Assembly: GCA_965203135.1 (NCBI GenBank)
Contig: CBDBBO010000001.1
Location: 183,037-247,036 of the forward strand
Reading direction: 5' to 3'
Origin: Dehalococcoidia bacterium
GTDB taxonomy: Bacteria > Chloroflexota > Dehalococcoidia > Lucifugimonadales > CATOSD01
DNA length: 64,000 nt
The position numbers and the translations under genes are program-made. The notes below the pieces were generated by a model. The model was not told the origin of the DNA and ran no database searches. It saw nothing but the letters and a program-made list of their open reading frames with translations. Positions 19,218 through 28,425 of this stretch are shown here, piece by piece; positions within the stretch are counted from its first letter, which is position 1; the number at the start of each line of letters is the position of its first letter.

Positions 19218-20162
19218 TCATCCCAGCCCGTAAAGCCGCGCCGCGTTCCCGCCCAGCACCAGCCGCTTCTCTTCCTCCGACAACCCCAACCCTGCCGCCA
19301 CGTGCTCCTCGGGAACGTTCCTGTACATATCCAGGTACCAGCCATTGGAGGGCGACATGGGATTCGTCCAGTCGGTGGCGTACATCACCCGCTCGGCGCC
19401 GAGCACGTCCACCGCGTTCCGCAGGTAGCGGTAGAATCTGCCCGGGCCGCGCCGCGCCATTCCCTGCCAGAGCGCGGTGTCGATGACGATGTTGGGGTGG
19501 ACCTCGGCTATCGCCAGCATGTCCTGATACCAGCCGAAGCTGCCCCTGGAGTGACCCACGCCGCCGTGTCCTGCGTGTATGGTGAGACCGGGGAAGTCTA
19601 CGCTCACCTCCTCCAGATGCAGGGGGTGGGCGTACTTGCTGAGCATCGGCGGCGTGGCGACCGGGCCGACGTGGAACATCACCGGCGCGCCGGCCTCCTC
19701 GAGGACCTCGTAGATGGGATACACCAGCCGGTCGTTGGGATAGTACCCGCCCGCGCAGTAGAGCTTGAGTCCGCGCGCCCCCCACTCGTGGACGGCCTTG
19801 CGCACGAACCTTGCGGCGTTGGGACGGCGCGGGTCGATGCTCGCGCACCACGCGATGCGGTCAGGGTATGCGGCGGCGATCTCCGACGTGAGCCGGTTCT
19901 GCTCCTCGATGGGGACGGCGCTGTCCTGTCCTGGCACCACCGCTCCGTAGTCGACACGGAAGACCAGCGCCTTGTCCTGGCCGATGAGATCCATTTCGGC
20001 GATGAGGCCGCTGGCGTCGGGATCCCAGGTGCGTCGGACGAATTCCTGCGCTTCGTCGAGCGAAATGCCCCGCGCGCGGGCCGCGCTTGCGAGCGCGCGG
20101 TTCTGGTTCCACTGCGGACGCCACCCCTCGGCCCACACGTGCACGTGGGCGTCGATTATCAT
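19218..20162 (-). CDS. Amidohydrolase-2 family metal-dependent hydrolase (TIM barrel)
   Basis: 314 aa. MIIDAHVHVW N-terminal HxH metal motif. Confidence 0.85.
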   Translation of the reverse strand: MIIDAHVHVWAEGWRPQWNQNRALASAARARGISLDEAQEFVRRTWDPDASGLIAEMDLIGQDKALVFRVDYGAVVPGQDSAVPIEEQNRLTSEIAAAYPDRIAWCASIDPRRPNAARFVRKAVHEWGARGLKLYCAGGYYPNDRLVYPIYEVLEEAGAPVMFHVGPVATPPMLSKYAHPLHLEEVSVDFPGLTIHAGHGGVGHSRGSFGWYQDMLAIAEVHPNIVIDTALWQGMARRGPGRFYRYLRNAVDVLGAERVMYATDWTNPMSPSNGWYLDMYRNVPEEHVAAGLGLSEEEKRLVLGGNAARLYGLG

Positions 20163-20190
20163 GGATACCCCCTTCGGATGATGGCGTGAG

Positions 20191-20943
20191 CTACCAGAGT
20201 ATGGTCAGCACGTACTCGGGCGGAAACTCCGAATCGTCCATCGGATTCTCTGGCTCGATGTCGAAGCTCCTGAGCACGAAATAGAGCTGCCGCAGGTGCT
20301 GCGTGGTGTGTCCGGCGATGAGGTCTAGCTGCTCAGCGCCGGTGCGCATCCCCTCGCCGCGCGACTGCCGCAGCGAGTCGTGGTCGGCACCCGCAGCCCA
20401 CTCGCGCAGCTCATTTGCCACCTCAACGCCGTAGTCGGCTATCTGGGCGAAGCTCTCGTAGGAACGGCCCGGCAGGTCCATCGTCGCCTGGTCTTCCAGG
20501 GCGAAGACGCCCGTTTCCACGCCCCGGATCGTGCGCTGGATCATGCGGAATATGTGGTATCCGAACTCGCGCATCGGCCTGTCGCGGTCCGGAGCCGTGT
20601 AGTCGAGCTTCTCGTCCGGCATCTGCCGCAGCGCCCGTTCGACCGCCCCGGCGATCCTGACCAGCAGCGGCAGCGTCTCCGACGGGTCGCGCGGCTCGGA
20701 CTCCTGCCCCAGATTGAGAGCTTTGGACAGCTCGTTTGGGCGGAAGCCCGCAATGCCCTTGCCGTCGATGACTGTGACCGGCACCGTGCGGAATCCCAGT
20801 TCTCTCAACTCGTCCAGCGCGCCGGGGCTGTTCTCGATGTCCCTGTCCTGGTAGGGAACGTTGTTGTTCGAAAGAAACTCTTTCGTTCGCGCGCAGGTCG
20901 CTCAACCTATCCGCGCGTATACCTTGACGTCGGCTTCCAGCAT
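20191..20943 (-). CDS. Predicted selenoprotein: glutaredoxin/NrdH-like domain with a U-x-x-C redox motif, fused to a DinB-like domain (UGA 20902-20904 read as Sec)
   Basis: Own translation from ATG 20943: MLEADVKVYARIG-[TGA]-ATCARTKEFLSNNNVPYQDRDIENSPGALDELRELGFRTVPVTVIDGKGIAGF. It continues in frame into the 205-aa track ORF, whose C-terminus has DinB-like His residues (GYHIF, AGHTTQHL). The TGA falls on the first Cys of CxxC. Confidence 0.7.
20869..20885 (-). promoter_or_regulatory. Candidate bacterial SECIS hairpin
   Basis: mRNA sense CGAAAG-AGUUU-CUUUCG: a 6-bp stem and a 5-nt loop containing GU. The stem starts 16 nt 3' of the UGA. Confidence 0.45.
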
Positions 20944-21033
20944 GGCTTCTCGTCCTTTCACTCAACCCATCCAGATTGGTCGAGAACATGATACGCCAAC
21001 GGCGTATTGGCGTAAACGGCAGGGCCTCTTCAA

Positions 21034-21074
21034 AGTCCCTTCCCGCTTGATGGGGGAAGGTCAGGATGAGGGTG
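21034..21074 (-). repeat. Family A hairpin repeat (reverse orientation)
   Basis: agtcccttcccgcttgatgggggaaggtcaggatgagggtg. Confidence 0.85.
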
Positions 21075-21108
21075 ACGGCTCTGGCGCGACACATGCCGTT
21101 CCCAGCGC

Positions 21109-21624
21109 CTACCACGGCGTGCCGAAGCGCTCCCTGTGTGCGATGGTGGACATCTCCTTGCGCCTTACACCCCGCCTTTTGAATCCCTCCTGGCGGTAGC
21201 CGAACGGCAGCAGGGACACAAGCTCGACATCGTCGGGGATTCCGAGCAGGGACTTCACGGCGACCTGCTGCTCAGCGTCCCGCACGCCCACGAAGCAGGT
21301 GCCCAGACCCTCGCCCCAGCCGACGATCTCCATCTGCTGGATGGCGCGTCCCGCGTCCAAGTGCCCGCGCGGGGCGTCGTCGGCCACGCAGACGGCGATC
21401 ACCACCGGCGCGCCCGCGAGAAACGGCCCCTGCTTGGCGATTTCGCCGAGCTTGTCGATCGTGTCGCGCTCCCGCACGACGACGAAGTGCCACGGCTGGG
21501 AGTCACTGGAGCTGGGAGACATCCTCCCGGCTTGGAGCAGCCGTCTCACAAGCTCCTCCGATACCGGCTCATCGGTGTAGTCCCTCACCGTCCTCCGGCT
21601 TATCACTGTCTGATAAATGCTCAT
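21109..21624 (-). CDS. Nitroreductase family protein
   Basis: 171 aa. MSIYQTVISRRTVRDYTDEPV and SPSSSDSQPWHFVVV are typical nitroreductase motifs. Confidence 0.85.
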   Translation of the reverse strand: MSIYQTVISRRTVRDYTDEPVSEELVRRLLQAGRMSPSSSDSQPWHFVVVRERDTIDKLGEIAKQGPFLAGAPVVIAVCVADDAPRGHLDAGRAIQQMEIVGWGEGLGTCFVGVRDAEQQVAVKSLLGIPDDVELVSLLPFGYRQEGFKRRGVRRKEMSTIAHRERFGTPW

Positions 21625-21682
21625 CCTCTCGTCTCCTGGATGGTAGTTTAAACTGTGCGCACTACCTCTACGATTTTGATGC

Positions 21683-21895
21683 TCACGAATCCTGAAACTC
21701 CTCCCAGTCTAAGCCCAGTTGTCTGATTACTGAGCGGAGGGTGCCGACTTTCAGATCGCGTCTACCCCAGTCAGGGAGAGGGGCGTTTCTGTTCGTCTGC
21801 GGATTGAACCACCTCCTGTGAGAACCGCCCCCGCGCCTCGGAATCTCAGTACACCCTAGTTTCAGCAACTTTCGTGCGGCTTCCCGGTATGTCAC
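21683..21895 (-). CDS. hicA: Type II toxin-antitoxin system toxin, HicA family
   Basis: 70 aa. KLGCTEIPRRGGGSHRRW (GSH motif). 4-nt overlap with upstream hicB. Confidence 0.85.
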   Translation of the reverse strand: MTYREAARKLLKLGCTEIPRRGGGSHRRWFNPQTNRNAPLPDWGRRDLKVGTLRSVIRQLGLDWEEFQDS

Positions 21896-22137
21896 GGAAC
21901 GGACAGGATGGCTTCGACGGTAAGTGGGCCGTTGGCGTTGTCCACGAGTATGCCAGGCGGAAGGGGCCGACCCTCGTCCTCGTAGATTTCCAGGACGACC
22001 GCAAAGGCATCCTCCGCATTGGCCAGGGCCTCCTCGACGGTGTCGCCCTCGGTGATCAATTCCGGCAGTAACGGTGAGGTAACAGTGTACCCACCTTCAG
22101 GTTGTAGCTCGAGTGACAGGGGTATCTTTGCTATCAT
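21892..22137 (-). CDS. hicB: Type II toxin-antitoxin system antitoxin, HicB family
   Basis: 81 aa. EGGYTVTSPLLPELITEGDTVEEALANAEDA is a typical HicB N-domain. Confidence 0.85.
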   Translation of the reverse strand: MIAKIPLSLELQPEGGYTVTSPLLPELITEGDTVEEALANAEDAFAVVLEIYEDEGRPLPPGILVDNANGPLTVEAILSVP

Positions 22138-22252
22138 CGATCACCTCCGGCTGGTCTGGTCGACGGCTCCCAATGGGGCCTATATCAAGATATGTTGTAC
22201 AATCCTAAGCCGCAAGCCATACGCATGGCAAACCCCTTTACTGGAAGGCGCA

Positions 22253-23143
22253 ATGACCACACCGAAGAAGACCCCTGACGGCATCGAGATACCACCGCCC
22301 GGCCCGGACGACGTGCTGTACGAGAATGCCGACGTGTACGCCCGCATCGTGCTGAACAGGCCGACCATCCTCAACGCCATGAACAAGAACGTGCAGCGGC
22401 TGCTGCTCGCCGCGTTCGAGCGCGCCGAGGCGGACGACGACGTGAAGGCAGTCGTGCTTACCGGAGCGGGCAGGGCGTTCTCGGCGGGCGGCGACCTGTA
22501 CGCCTACCTGTATCCGGATGACGAGCCGGCGCCCAGCGGGTTCGACGTGCAGATGAAGATCTGGTCGTTCCCCAAGCCGGTGATCGCCGCGGTGCGCGGC
22601 CACGCCGTCGGGCAGGCGTGTGAACTCGCCGGGGTGTGCGACTTCATCATCGCAGCTGAGGGCGCGCGTTTCGGCGAGATTCACATTCGGCACGGCTTCC
22701 CGCCGCCGGTGTTGATCACGCCATTCCTGGTGTCGATGAAGAACGCCAAGGAGTTGCTCATGCTCGGCGAGCAAATCGACGCGAGGGAGGCACACCGCAT
22801 GGGCCTGGTGAACCGCGTAGTGCCGCCGGAGGCGCTGGACGCCGAGGCCGAGACCATGGCCCGCAAGCTGGCGGCGCTCCCACAGACGACCGTGCGCCTG
22901 AACAAGCTGCTGGTCAACCGAGCCTACGAGTTGATGGGACTTCGCGAGGCGATCGCGTACAGAGACGTGCCCGAAATCGCCGCCATTGCGGACGCCACGC
23001 GCGGCGACGAGGTGGCGACGTCGCGGCTGGCGCTGCTGCACGAGGCCGGCTGGTCGGCCTTCCTCACCACCCGCGACGCCATGTACCGCGAGCGTCCTTC
23101 GTTCCCATCCCAGCCTTCCCCCATTGAGGGGGAAAGCGCCTAA
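22253..23143 (+). CDS. Enoyl-CoA hydratase/isomerase (crotonase) family protein
   Basis: VVLTGAGRAFSAGGDL oxyanion-hole motif. Start set to ATG 22253 (MTTPKKT). The last roughly 13 codons run into a family A repeat. Confidence 0.85.
   Translation: MTTPKKTPDGIEIPPPGPDDVLYENADVYARIVLNRPTILNAMNKNVQRLLLAAFERAEADDDVKAVVLTGAGRAFSAGGDLYAYLYPDDEPAPSGFDVQMKIWSFPKPVIAAVRGHAVGQACELAGVCDFIIAAEGARFGEIHIRHGFPPPVLITPFLVSMKNAKELLMLGEQIDAREAHRMGLVNRVVPPEALDAEAETMARKLAALPQTTVRLNKLLVNRAYELMGLREAIAYRDVPEIAAIADATRGDEVATSRLALLHEAGWSAFLTTRDAMYRERPSFPSQPSPIEGESA
23104..23140 (+). repeat. Family A hairpin repeat (degenerate)
   Basis: cccatcccagccttcccccattgagggggaaagcgcc. Confidence 0.7.
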
Positions 23144-24165
23144 ATCATACCGAACGCGCGCGCCACCAGCTCGTAGGACTTTACGCGGTCGGCGAAGTCG
23201 TAGCACATGGTGACTATGCCCACGTCGGTGGTCTTGTACTCGGCGGCGAGGGCCTCGATGCGCTCGCGAACGTCGGCCGGCTCGCCGTCGACGTAGTTGG
23301 CCTTCAGCGACTCGATGTAGGCCAGCTCCTGCGGGTCGTACTCGTACTCCAGCGCCTCCTGGATGCTGGGCACGCCGGTGCGGTGTCCCTGCACCGACCT
23401 CACCCGGGCGAGGTTGCGGCTCAGCGCCAGCTTCTCGGCCTTCTCTCTCGTCTCCGCGCACAGCACCTGCAACGTGACGTTCACGAGCGGTTCGGACAGG
23501 AACTCGGACGGCTTGAAGTTGGCGCGGTACATGTCCGCTATCATCGGGCCGTGCTCGACCGACAATCCGAAGAAGTGGGCGTAGCTGAACGGCAGGCCCA
23601 TGTCCGCCGCCATCGCGGCGCTGTCGACGCGGGAGCCGAGCAGCCACACCTGCGGGGCGGTGGAGATACCTGGGCCGGCGCGCACCACAGCGAAGGGGTG
23701 CTCCTCCTCAAGGGTGTCGTTGAGATAGCCCAGCAGGTCGAGCACCTGGCGGGGGTAGTGCCGAACGTCGTTGGGCGGGCGCGGGTAGGACAACGCCGCG
23801 TTGGTGCGCTGGTCGCTGCCGGGAGCGCGCCCCACGCCCAGGTCGATGCGGCCGGGATACAGCGCCTCCAGCACCCGGAAGTTCTCCGCCACCTTCAGCG
23901 AGCTGTAGTGGGGCAGCATGACTCCGGCGGAGCCGACGCGGATGCTGGACGTGTTGGCGAGCACCTGGCCGACCATGATTTCGGGGCTGGTGCCGGCGAG
24001 GTTGCCGAGGTTGTGGTGCTCGGTGAGCCAGTAGCGGGAGTACCCGAACGACTCGGCGGCCTGGGCCAGGGCGATAGTCTCTCGCAGCGCGTCGCCCGCC
24101 GTGCCGCCGCTGCGGACCGGCGACTGGTCGACGACGCTCAGCGTGTACTTGGTTTCGGTGGTAAT
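23140..24165 (-). CDS. LLM-class (luciferase-like) flavin-dependent oxidoreductase
   Basis: LSVVDQSPV...YSRYWLTEHHN is a typical LLM N-terminus. No ATG/GTG/TTG lies near the conserved start. AGGAGG is followed after 6 nt by ATT at 24165, so the start is uncertain. Confidence 0.75.
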   Translation of the reverse strand: MTTETKYTLSVVDQSPVRSGGTAGDALRETIALAQAAESFGYSRYWLTEHHNLGNLAGTSPEIMVGQVLANTSSIRVGSAGVMLPHYSSLKVAENFRVLEALYPGRIDLGVGRAPGSDQRTNAALSYPRPPNDVRHYPRQVLDLLGYLNDTLEEEHPFAVVRAGPGISTAPQVWLLGSRVDSAAMAADMGLPFSYAHFFGLSVEHGPMIADMYRANFKPSEFLSEPLVNVTLQVLCAETREKAEKLALSRNLARVRSVQGHRTGVPSIQEALEYEYDPQELAYIESLKANYVDGEPADVRERIEALAAEYKTTDVGIVTMCYDFADRVKSYELVARAFGMI

Positions 24166-24347
24166 CGGGAGCCTCCTGCGGCGTCCGCGCCTCTCCGCGC
24201 GGGCCGGAATCAATGTATCACAGCGCCCGTCCGCGGTGAAGTTCAGGGCGACGGCCAAAGTTGACACGGCGCGAAAACAGGCCATATACTCGCCGCACCG
24301 TGGGGCCGCCGTCCGGCGCCTGCGGCACGTTCCCAAAGGAGGCGGCT

Positions 24348-25136
24348 ATGCCGGTCTCGACCCCAACCATCAAGTACGAAAAGCGCAACCGCATCGCCTA
24401 CATCACACTCAATCGCCCGGAGGTGCTGAACGCGCTGAGCCGGGAGTTGAGCGCCGGTTTGCGCGAGGCGCTCGAGGACTTCCGCGACGACAAGGACGTG
24501 CTGGTGGCGATCATGACGGGGGAGGGCGGACGCGCCTTCTCCGCCGGCATGGACCTCAAGGAGCGCGCATCGCTGGACGCCAGGGGCGAGCGGCGCTCAC
24601 CGTCCCGGCGCGGCGGCGGCACGTTCATCGACCTGGAGGTGTTCAAGCCGATCATCGCCGCCATCGACGGCTTCTGCGTCGCCGGCGGGCTGGAGCTTTC
24701 GCTCCAGTGCGACATGCGCATAGCCACGGCCAAGTCGGAGTTCGGCCTGCCCGAGCCGCGCTGGAGCCTGACCGCAGGCTACGGCCTACACAACCTCTCG
24801 CGCATGATCCCGCTGGGCGAGGCGCTGAGCATGCAGCTGCGCGGCCACCGCATCAACGCCGAGCGGGCCTACCAGATCGGCCTGATCCAGGAGATCGTGC
24901 CGGACCGCGAGACGCTGTTCGAGAGGGCGGAGGAGTGCGCCGAGGAGGTCAAGCTGTGCGCCCCGCGCGCGGTCCAGGCCATCAAGCAGATCGTCTACTA
25001 CGGGCGCAACCTACCTGTAGAGTACTCGCAGAAGATCGCCGGGCCGCTCAACGCGTGGGTGCAGTCGTCGCCGGACAGCGTCGAGGGGCCGAAGGCCTTC
25101 TCTGAGAAGCGCGCCCCGGTCTGGCAATCGGGCTGA
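24348..25136 (+). CDS. Enoyl-CoA hydratase/isomerase family protein
   Basis: IAYITLNRPEVLNAL and GEGGRAFSAGMDL motifs. ATG 24348 follows AAAGGAGG. Confidence 0.85.
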   Translation: MPVSTPTIKYEKRNRIAYITLNRPEVLNALSRELSAGLREALEDFRDDKDVLVAIMTGEGGRAFSAGMDLKERASLDARGERRSPSRRGGGTFIDLEVFKPIIAAIDGFCVAGGLELSLQCDMRIATAKSEFGLPEPRWSLTAGYGLHNLSRMIPLGEALSMQLRGHRINAERAYQIGLIQEIVPDRETLFERAEECAEEVKLCAPRAVQAIKQIVYYGRNLPVEYSQKIAGPLNAWVQSSPDSVEGPKAFSEKRAPVWQSG

Positions 25137-25200
25137 GTGGGTACAGGATTATCCACGAAGAGCACGAAGGCCACCAAGGATAGGGCAAGGAGACCGCAAG

Positions 25201-25241
25201 ATTCCCTTCTCCCCTGGTGGGAGAAGGTTAGGATGAGGGGG
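25201..25241 (-). repeat. Family A hairpin repeat (variant, reverse orientation)
   Basis: Reverse complement: tccccctcatcctaaccttctcccaccaggggagaagggaat. Confidence 0.8.
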
Positions 25242-25255
25242 AAGAGAGACAGACC

Positions 25256-25594
25256 ATGTTCAAGAGGCTATACACCGGAGACGACGGCCAGTCCCACCTG
25301 GAGGACCTGGACCTGGACGGGGCGGACGTGCCCAACTGGAAGGAGCTTCACAACGGCACCGGCATCATGTTCCGCAGCACGTCGCCGGACGCGCCGGTCA
25401 CTTGGCACGTCGCGCCGCGCAAGCAGTACTGCATAACGCTGTCCGGCCAGGTCGAGATCGGCCTGGGCGACGGCTCCAAACACTACTTCGGCCCCGGCGA
25501 CGTCATGCTGGCCGAGGACCTTACCGGGCAGGGTCACACCACGCGCGCCGTCGGCCCGGAGCCGCGCGTGGTCGCCTACGTGCCGGTGGACTGA
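25256..25594 (+). CDS. Cupin-domain protein
   Basis: 112 aa small beta-barrel-type sequence (WHVAPRKQYCITLSGQVEIGLGDG...GDVMLAEDLTGQGH). Confidence 0.65.
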   Translation: MFKRLYTGDDGQSHLEDLDLDGADVPNWKELHNGTGIMFRSTSPDAPVTWHVAPRKQYCITLSGQVEIGLGDGSKHYFGPGDVMLAEDLTGQGHTTRAVGPEPRVVAYVPVD

Positions 25595-25604
25595 TCTTGT
25601 CACA

Positions 25605-25645
25605 CCCCGCGTCCCTTCCCCCTGCGAGGGGGAAGGGACGCGGGG
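25605..25645. repeat. Perfect 19-bp-stem palindrome built from the family A hairpin core
   Basis: ccccgcgtcccttccccct-gcg-agggggaagggacgcgggg. The left 19 nt are the exact reverse complement of the right 19 nt. Confidence 0.9.
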
Positions 25646-25685
25646 AACCCCATCCAGGCCTTTCCCCATCGAGGGGGAAGGGATA
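25646..25685 (+). repeat. Family A hairpin repeat (variant), directly abutting the palindrome
   Basis: aaccccatccaggcctttccccatcgagggggaagggata. Confidence 0.75.
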
Positions 25686-25712
25686 TTCGGTAAGAACTCG
25701 GAGGAGACGCAC

Positions 25713-27437
25713 ATGATTCAGACCGCGCAGCCCACCCGGATGAGGCTAAGCAAGGACGAGGCCCAGGCCTCCAAGGGCATGGTTGCCACCAAGGACAGGC
25801 ACGCGACCGAGGCGGGCGTGCGGATGCTGGAGGCGGGCGGCAACGCCGTGGACGCCGCGGTTGCGGCGTGCTTCGCCATCGGCGTGGTGGAGCCGATGTC
25901 CAGTGGCATCGGCGGGGGCGGCTACCTGAACTACCAGGTCGGCGATCAGGGCGGAGTGGTCGGATTCCCGATGCGCGGCCCGCTCGCGGCCAAGCCAGAC
26001 ATGTACAAGCTCACCGGCGAGGCATACGTCGGCAACTTCGGCTGGGCGGGCGTCGAGAACGACGCCAACCTCGAGGGCTACCTGTCCATCGCCGTCCCCG
26101 GCGCGGTCGCCGGGCTGTGCGAGGCGCACCGCCGATTCGGTCGGCTCCCGCTGAGCGAGGTTGTGGCGCCCGCGGCGAGTCTCGCCCGCGACGGCTTCAC
26201 GCCCAACTGGTACCTGCTCTTCTCTCTCGGTCGCAGCGCGGGCAAGCTCTTCCAATACCCCGAACTCCGCCGCGTCTTCATGCCCGGCGACAACATGCTG
26301 CCCAGCGGCGACATGGGCGACGACGTCCGGCTTAGGCAGCCCGACCTGGCCGAGGTGCTCACCGGCATCGGCAAGCACGGCCCGGACGCTTTCTACCGGG
26401 GCGACGTCGCCCACGCCATCGCCTCCGACGTCCAGGCCAACGGCGGCATCCTCTCCGAGGAGGACCTGGCGCAGTACAAGCCGTTCGTGTGGGAGGGCGG
26501 CCTCGAAATCGACTACCGCGGCCTGACGGTGCGCGTGCCCCCGTTCGCCTGCGCCGGCAGCACCAGCGCCATGACGCTCAAGCTGTTCGCCGGATTCGAC
26601 GCCGCCGCGAGCGGCCACAACTCCGCCGAGACGCTGCACGCCTACATCAGCAGCGCGCGGCTCGCCTACGCCGACCGGTTCGAGTACTTTGGCGACCCCG
26701 CGTTCGTGGACACGCCCTGGAAGGGCCTGCTCTCGGACGCCTACGCCGACCGTCGCCGCGCCGAGATCGGCGACCGCGTGCCGGCCTCGTTCCTGCCCGG
26801 CGACCCCTGGCAGGAGGAGGGCAGGGCACCGCGCGAGAAGCTGCCCGCCAGCCTGCCCGCGTTCGACGCCGGCACCACGCACCTGTGCGCGATGGACAAG
26901 GACGGCAACGCCGTCTCGCTCACCAACACGCTGATGGCCGGATTCGGCTCCGGCATCGTGGCCAAGGGCACTGGGGTAGTGATGAACGACGGCATGATGT
27001 GGTTCGACCCGCTGCCGGGCCGCGTAAACTCGATCATGCCCGGCAAGTTCCCGCTCAACAACATGACCCCTGCGCTGGTGCTGGACGGCTCCGGCGTTAA
27101 GCTGGCGGTGGGCGCGTCCGGCGGGCGGCGCATCACCAACTGCGTGACGCAGCTCATCTCCAAGGTGATGGACTTCGGCATGGGGCCGCAGGAGGCCATC
27201 GACTCGCCACGCGTGGACTGCAGTCTGCCCGCGACCAGCGTCGACCCCAGGCTCGATCCCGAGGTCATCGCCGCGCTCGAGGCGAAGGGCCACCGCGTAT
27301 CCGTGGCCGGCGACGGGTTCATGGAGTCCGGCTTCTCCAGCTTCGCCAGTCCCTGCGCCATCACCCTGAACGGCGACGACGACTTCCGCGCGGGCGTGGA
27401 CACCTTCCACTCCGCCTACGCCGCGGGCCCGGAGTAG
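25713..27437 (+). CDS. ggt: Gamma-glutamyltransferase
   Basis: 574 aa. Autoprocessing and catalytic Thr context FDAGTTHLCAMDKDGNAVSLTNTL. GGAGGAG RBS. Confidence 0.9.
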   Translation: MIQTAQPTRMRLSKDEAQASKGMVATKDRHATEAGVRMLEAGGNAVDAAVAACFAIGVVEPMSSGIGGGGYLNYQVGDQGGVVGFPMRGPLAAKPDMYKLTGEAYVGNFGWAGVENDANLEGYLSIAVPGAVAGLCEAHRRFGRLPLSEVVAPAASLARDGFTPNWYLLFSLGRSAGKLFQYPELRRVFMPGDNMLPSGDMGDDVRLRQPDLAEVLTGIGKHGPDAFYRGDVAHAIASDVQANGGILSEEDLAQYKPFVWEGGLEIDYRGLTVRVPPFACAGSTSAMTLKLFAGFDAAASGHNSAETLHAYISSARLAYADRFEYFGDPAFVDTPWKGLLSDAYADRRRAEIGDRVPASFLPGDPWQEEGRAPREKLPASLPAFDAGTTHLCAMDKDGNAVSLTNTLMAGFGSGIVAKGTGVVMNDGMMWFDPLPGRVNSIMPGKFPLNNMTPALVLDGSGVKLAVGASGGRRITNCVTQLISKVMDFGMGPQEAIDSPRVDCSLPATSVDPRLDPEVIAALEAKGHRVSVAGDGFMESGFSSFASPCAITLNGDDDFRAGVDTFHSAYAAGPE

Positions 27438-27867
27438 GGGACTAACCACGAAGGGCGGGAAGTACACGAAGGGACTGTGAGAGCGGCGGGCGGGTTTCAG
27501 ACCCGCCCCTGCCGACGCTCGCGATGGGAAACTCCGCAAAACCTGTCCCATTTCGCCGCATTTGTCCCGGCCCGTAGCTGGGGCGGGGTCGATTCGCGAT
27601 ACGAGTGTCGCACGGGTTGTCGCGTTTAGCGGGTGGAGTGTGCCGTATCGCGGCGAAAACGAGACGGTGTTGGGACACTCGGCCCGGGCCTCGCATCGAG
27701 TACGGGGCAGGCAGTTCGCGGTCTCTGTATGTGGGTGCTGGTGCGTCATGGGAGGATAGTAGCACGGATGTGCTGAGCGCGTCAATGGCCCTGGCGAGAT
27801 TGAGCCTGTGTCAGATTACCGGGTGATCTCCACACCGGCGTTTCCAAGGATGCGGCAACCTGTTCAT

Positions 27868-27908
27868 CACCCCCATCCTAACCTTCCCCCTTGATGGGGG
27901 AAGGGACT
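27868..27908 (+). repeat. Family A hairpin repeat
   Basis: cacccccatcctaaccttcccccttgatgggggaagggact. Confidence 0.9.
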
Positions 27909-28425
27909 CATCGGAATGCGGTGACGCGAATTCTGTTAGATTCTGCGACTTTCTGTGCGACTCCTAGCTGAGGCGGGCGCCGGTCCTGCTCAATTCTGTA
28001 ATGCTGGCGTGGGCAAATCGTGACAGAAGCGTCGCGTGGCGTGACAGAGTGGGACGGTGGCCGGTGGCCAGTCTTCAACGTCGCGACGGATGCCTGGGGC
28101 GGGTCGGTCCCGAGGGAGGGTTTGAAGCGCGCGCATACCGTGTGCGAGAATAGCACGGATGTACGTACCATGCAAGACCGTTGGCGAAATTGCGGGATCA
28201 GGGCCGAAATTGGCGGTTTGGGGGCGGATTTGTGGGGAGAAATTGCGCAGGCGCGGGGACGGGGCGTGGGTGGGGCAGGGCTGGGGAACGCGTGGGGCGG
28301 GAAGGTGACGGTTTTTTCGGGGTACTTGCGTGCAAGTGAGCGGGTGTGCGCGTGGGCAGGGCAGGGTCGCGCGCTCGGAATGGCAGATTGCTCGGAATGA
28401 AAGCGTTGACGATAGAGGCGGACTA

